Positions 61,301 through 64,000 of a DNA stretch of 64,000 nucleotides are shown here, one piece after another. Under the pieces are notes generated by a model. It did not search any database. It was given only the letters and a program-made list of their open reading frames with translations, and had not been told where the DNA came from. A program made the translations under genes and the position numbers. The stretch comes from an uncultured Bacteroides sp. (GTDB taxonomy: Bacteria; Bacteroidota; Bacteroidia; Bacteroidales; Bacteroidaceae), in contig NZ_CAXXKL010000003.1 of the NCBI RefSeq assembly GCF_963677715.2, positions 720,044 through 784,043 of the forward strand. The letters run 5' to 3'. Each line of letters begins with the position of its first letter. Within the stretch, counting starts at the first letter, position 1.

Positions 61301-61503
61301 GCGTTAAGAACATTGAGTTAAGCTATTCCATCCCCCAGCGAATTGTTAAGAAATGGAGTATGAACGACTTTCGCCTCTATATAAATGCCAGTAATCTGAT
61401 TACCTGGGATCACTTAAACAATCTGACCGATCCCGAGAGTAACGGTTCTAACCGTTATCCAATTATGAAGACTGTAAATTTTGGTGTTAACGTTAAATTC
61501 TAA
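58384..61503 (+). CDS. SusC-like TonB-dependent transporter
   Basis: VVVVGYG.QKK, LKDASATAVYGVRGANGV, ends FGVNVKF. Confidence 0.96.
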   Translation: MKEQQINTKHPENIIFRILLVALFTMLCQLTYAQKKAVSGLVRDTKGEVVIGASVLEEGTTNGTITDLDGNFKLNVSPKAVLKISYIGYKTQEVPVNGKSLFNIILAEDAETLEEVVVVGYGAQKKESVVGAISQVSSKELMRSPSGNISQALAGKMPGVITSQTSGAPGSDDAKIYIRGQASFAGDNQPLILVDGVERAYSQISPDDIESISTLKDASATAVYGVRGANGVMLITTKRGKDQKPTVSLSANFQVQSPTRRDTYLNSYQSVSLLEEALANDGLPSQFSPSDLEMYKKSSEGQLSGIDAMLYPNVDWYDYVLRKNAPAQRYNINVQGGTKRMRYFVSGEYYNQQGLFKNFSTDQYGNASNSSYRRYAFRANLDFLLTKDLTASLNFGTRFEERRGPNSNEYNANYSEVFYELNHTPGWLFPVAYEVGEGEDKQIRYGGNSQNQNNIVGRLAKAGFYRATNTINETNFIVNYKMDWLTQGLSAKAMLSFDYDSYYRRLFTADFATYELLSYDNGNYDFAQYNTDTELAYDGNTQTTTMKLYMEYALNYARKFGKHDVGGLLLYNQNDYRYQADLAQRYQGLVGRVTYGYDERYLAEVNFGYNGSENFIKGKRFGFFPSFSVGWRISNEEFMKSTQKWLNNLKIRASYGEVGNDKYYINGVLQRFLYQPVWTQLNNSYTFGSSSSTGGIYESQYPNYTVTWERARKYNLGIDAGLWNGLLSANIDFFMERRKDILTPYLTRPQWVGVNMASGNLGETKNAGYEIELKHNYHIGKDFQYNVGLTVSHAKNKILSEDEPEAKTDYRKREGHPINQYFGLICDGFVTSADLASPDFPVSTFGNVQVGDLKYRDMNKDGFIDDRDETSIGYSDIPENTYALTLGCEWKGIGFNVMLQGVDHVSRYYDAEAMYAFVNGGKVKEHHLKRWNPALSEAENLKSATYPLLHYDNYGNHNQRQNSFFLQNGAFLRVKNIELSYSIPQRIVKKWSMNDFRLYINASNLITWDHLNNLTDPESNGSNRYPIMKTVNFGVNVKF

Positions 61504-61511
61504 CAGATAAT

Positions 61512-63317
61512 ATGAAGAAGACTATTTTATATGCAGCTTTCATTGCAATGTTATCAGGAACAACGCTCACTTCCTGTGAGGATCTGTTCGGAGACTTTCT
61601 GGATAAGCAGCCCAGCAATGAACTTACCGAGGAGGAAACTTTTAGTTTGTGGAGTAATGCTACAAAATTCCATTTTGACACATATAACTTTCTACGTCAT
61701 GGGGCGTGCCGAATAAACAACTCATGGATGGATTCGGCCACAGATTTGGCAGAGACAAGTTATTCTACAGGCGGAACGCGAAACAGTTTTAATATAGGAA
61801 ACTATTACGCCAACAGTGGGGCACCTGAACTAACAGATACATGGGAACTTTATTTCAGAGGCATCCGCAAGTGTAATATGCTGTTAACTCACATTGACAG
61901 TGTACCCAAGCCAACAAGTGATACAGAAGAAAATTATCAGAACGACTTAAAAAATTTCAAGGCTGAATCGAGGTTTTTACGCGCTTATTTTTATTGGGAA
62001 TTATACTTAAGGTATGGGCCACTACCTATAATCACGGATGTACTTGATCCGGACGGTGATTTGCTGAGCGGTTATACCGAGCGCCCGACCAATAAGGTAT
62101 TCATTGACTTTGTATTAACAGAACTCACAGAATGCGAAACGGGACTGATGGAAAAACCGATGGGAAGCAATGGCGTACTTACAATAGACAATAACTTGTC
62201 CGGACGCATCTGCAAACCAATGGCAAGTGCATTGAGGTCCAGAATTATACTCTATATGGCCAGCCCTCACTATCAGAAGATATACACAGCAGAAGGCAGT
62301 ACCCCAATTACCTGGGAAGCTGCAGCCAATGCTGCAAAAAGCTTTATAGAAACATATGGAAATCAGTATGGCCTCTATTATGGCACTAGCAATGACCCGC
62401 TACAACAATATCAAGAAGCTATTCTCTTACCACAATTCAATGGTAACAATGAAATTATATTCTGGAGAAACGATACTCAAGTCGGCTGGTCGGCCATTTC
62501 TAATGATACTCCGGTAGGCGAAGGAGGTAACGGAGGACTCTGTCCGTCACAAAATTTAGTGGATATGTACGACATGGCGAATGGTCTTTCTCCTTTTAGC
62601 CAGTATGATGAAACAGGCGCTCCCGTATACAATGGAACAAACACGCCCGCAATCAATCAGGAAAGTGGATATGATGACGCTCATCCATACGCAAACAGGG
62701 ATCCGCGTTTTTACCGAACCGTATTATATCAGCAATCGATATGGAACAATGCTCAGATAAATGTAATAAAAGGAGGAAGAGACAATCCTGTTGGAAATGC
62801 GAATGCCACACCTACAGGATATTATGTAAGGAAATACATTCCCGAAACGATTCTCTCCAGCAATCATTCTTTAACGGCCTATAGAAATTGGATCATCATC
62901 CGCTATGCAGAGATATTATTGAACTACGCCGAAGCAATGAATGAAGTGAATGGCCCATCGGACGAAGTATTTAATGCATTGCAGAAGATTCGCGACCGAG
63001 TGGGTATGACTGCCAAACTATCGGCTCGCACCGATTTACAAACAAAAGATGCTTTACGAAACTTTATCCGCAAAGAACGTACCGTAGAATTAGCGTTTGA
63101 AGATCACCGCGCATGGGATGTACGTCGCTGGGATGTGGCAATTCAAGCTCTTACACGACCCATTTACGGCATAGAAGTAACAAGCGGAACAGATGGGAAT
63201 CCTGTCTATACCCGTAAAATAGCTCAAAACAGGGTATTTAAAGAAAACATGTATCTCTATCCTATTCCGGAGAGTGAAGAATGGAAAACAAATATAGAAA
63301 ATAATCCGGGCTGGTAA
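61512..63317 (+). CDS. SusD/RagB-family lipoprotein
   Basis: Lipobox LTS-C, NRDPRF, RYAEILLNYAEA, ERTVELAFE.HR.WD, NNPGW. Confidence 0.95.
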   Translation: MKKTILYAAFIAMLSGTTLTSCEDLFGDFLDKQPSNELTEEETFSLWSNATKFHFDTYNFLRHGACRINNSWMDSATDLAETSYSTGGTRNSFNIGNYYANSGAPELTDTWELYFRGIRKCNMLLTHIDSVPKPTSDTEENYQNDLKNFKAESRFLRAYFYWELYLRYGPLPIITDVLDPDGDLLSGYTERPTNKVFIDFVLTELTECETGLMEKPMGSNGVLTIDNNLSGRICKPMASALRSRIILYMASPHYQKIYTAEGSTPITWEAAANAAKSFIETYGNQYGLYYGTSNDPLQQYQEAILLPQFNGNNEIIFWRNDTQVGWSAISNDTPVGEGGNGGLCPSQNLVDMYDMANGLSPFSQYDETGAPVYNGTNTPAINQESGYDDAHPYANRDPRFYRTVLYQQSIWNNAQINVIKGGRDNPVGNANATPTGYYVRKYIPETILSSNHSLTAYRNWIIIRYAEILLNYAEAMNEVNGPSDEVFNALQKIRDRVGMTAKLSARTDLQTKDALRNFIRKERTVELAFEDHRAWDVRRWDVAIQALTRPIYGIEVTSGTDGNPVYTRKIAQNRVFKENMYLYPIPESEEWKTNIENNPGW

Positions 63318-63328
63318 TTTAAAACTCA

Positions 63329-64000
63329 ATGAATATGTTTAGAATAAAATATAAAAACATACTGACAGAATTCAACAAAGTTCTGCTCACAGTTGCCATG
63401 ATGATGATTGTTCAAACTGCCTATGCGCAGCAATTAAAGACCTTAACCGGCCGCATTGTCGATAAAGAGAACAACCCGATTGCCGGAGCAGTGATAAATG
63501 TTACAGAAGAAAGCCGTATAGCTATTTCAGACAGCGAAGGTTATTTCAAACTTAAAAAAGTGAAAACAGCCGATGAACTTAGCATTACCAGTACCGGTTA
63601 CAAATCGACCACTGCCATTGCCGAATTCTCTGATAGTTTAAAAATTGTGCTGGAAGCGGATATTGACGAATATGCACATACTACCGCAGTTCCTTTTGGT
63701 CGCAAACCTAGAAAATTCGTTACCGGTTCTGCTTCCGTCGTTCTGGGCTCCGAATTAGAAAAATATCCGGTTACCGTACTCCAAAATGCGTTTACGTCAA
63801 CCTTAACCGGTGTAGAAACGTACGAAGCACAATCTGAACCCGGATGGTCGGAGACAGCACTTTATATTCGCGGCATTCGTACGATGAATGCAAGTGCCCG
63901 CTCTCCTCTGATTATCGTGGATAATGTAGAACGTGATCTTTCGTTTCTCGATGCTTATCCTATTGAATCTATTACGATACTGAAAGATGCAGCTTCTGCA
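63329..64000 (+). CDS. Second SusC-like transporter, 3'-truncated by the window edge (absent from the ORF track)
   Basis: Translated by hand: MNMFRIK...AYAQ, LTGRIVDKENNPIAGA, YIRG, PLIIVDNVER, ILKDAASA; open to base 64000. Confidence 0.92.
   Translation, partial: MNMFRIKYKNILTEFNKVLLTVAMMMIVQTAYAQQLKTLTGRIVDKENNPIAGAVINVTEESRIAISDSEGYFKLKKVKTADELSITSTGYKSTTAIAEFSDSLKIVLEADIDEYAHTTAVPFGRKPRKFVTGSASVVLGSELEKYPVTVLQNAFTSTLTGVETYEAQSEPGWSETALYIRGIRTMNASARSPLIIVDNVERDLSFLDAYPIESITILKDAASA

Noticed and set aside
28904-63317. SusC/SusD shufflon between the Sus pairs
   Set aside because: No long shared inverted repeats were noticed among the susC/susD genes and no recombinase is adjacent; a dot plot would be needed to exclude it fully.
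1385-63329. The many 60-265 aa ORFs nested in or antisense to long genes (e.g. 4206-5003, 36397-37074, 37489-38031, 49129-49665)
   Set aside because: They are shadow ORFs of well-supported genes and carry no family motifs.
1-64000. tRNA, rRNA or known riboswitch
   Set aside because: None was recognised by eye in the intergenic regions; tRNAscan-SE and an Rfam cmscan would be decisive.

Overview
64 kb of a Bacteroidaceae (Bacteroides-like) chromosome, judged from SusC/SusD pairs, a hybrid two-component system (HTCS), ECF/FecR pairs and TAnnTTTG promoters. In order: the tail of a SusD + alkaline-phosphatase-superfamily locus; three flavoproteins and an MFS exporter; a tyrosine recombinase next to an invertible promoter (28-bp perfect inverted repeats, currently OFF) in front of an Rrf2-like gene and a type V pilin; pflB-pflA; a Dma-type dual-membrane anti-sigma/ECF/NigD module; oxyR-dps; an OmpR-family two-component system with a small secreted Lys/Ala-rich protein; an uncharacterised uronic-acid PUL (GH88, beta-helix GH, two lyase-like genes, SusCD, an orphan ECF and a kinase-less propeller-AraC sensor); an ECF/FecR-SusCD-metallophosphoesterase locus; and an arabinan PUL whose HTCS is frameshifted. 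Features the ORF track does not show: three copies of an oriented intergenic element built from tandem 22-bp palindromes, an unannotated 38-aa membrane protein, a 31-aa uORF copying the Dps N-terminus, and several candidate operators. No rRNA, tRNA or CRISPR array was recognised. All family calls rest on motifs read by eye; no database search was run.
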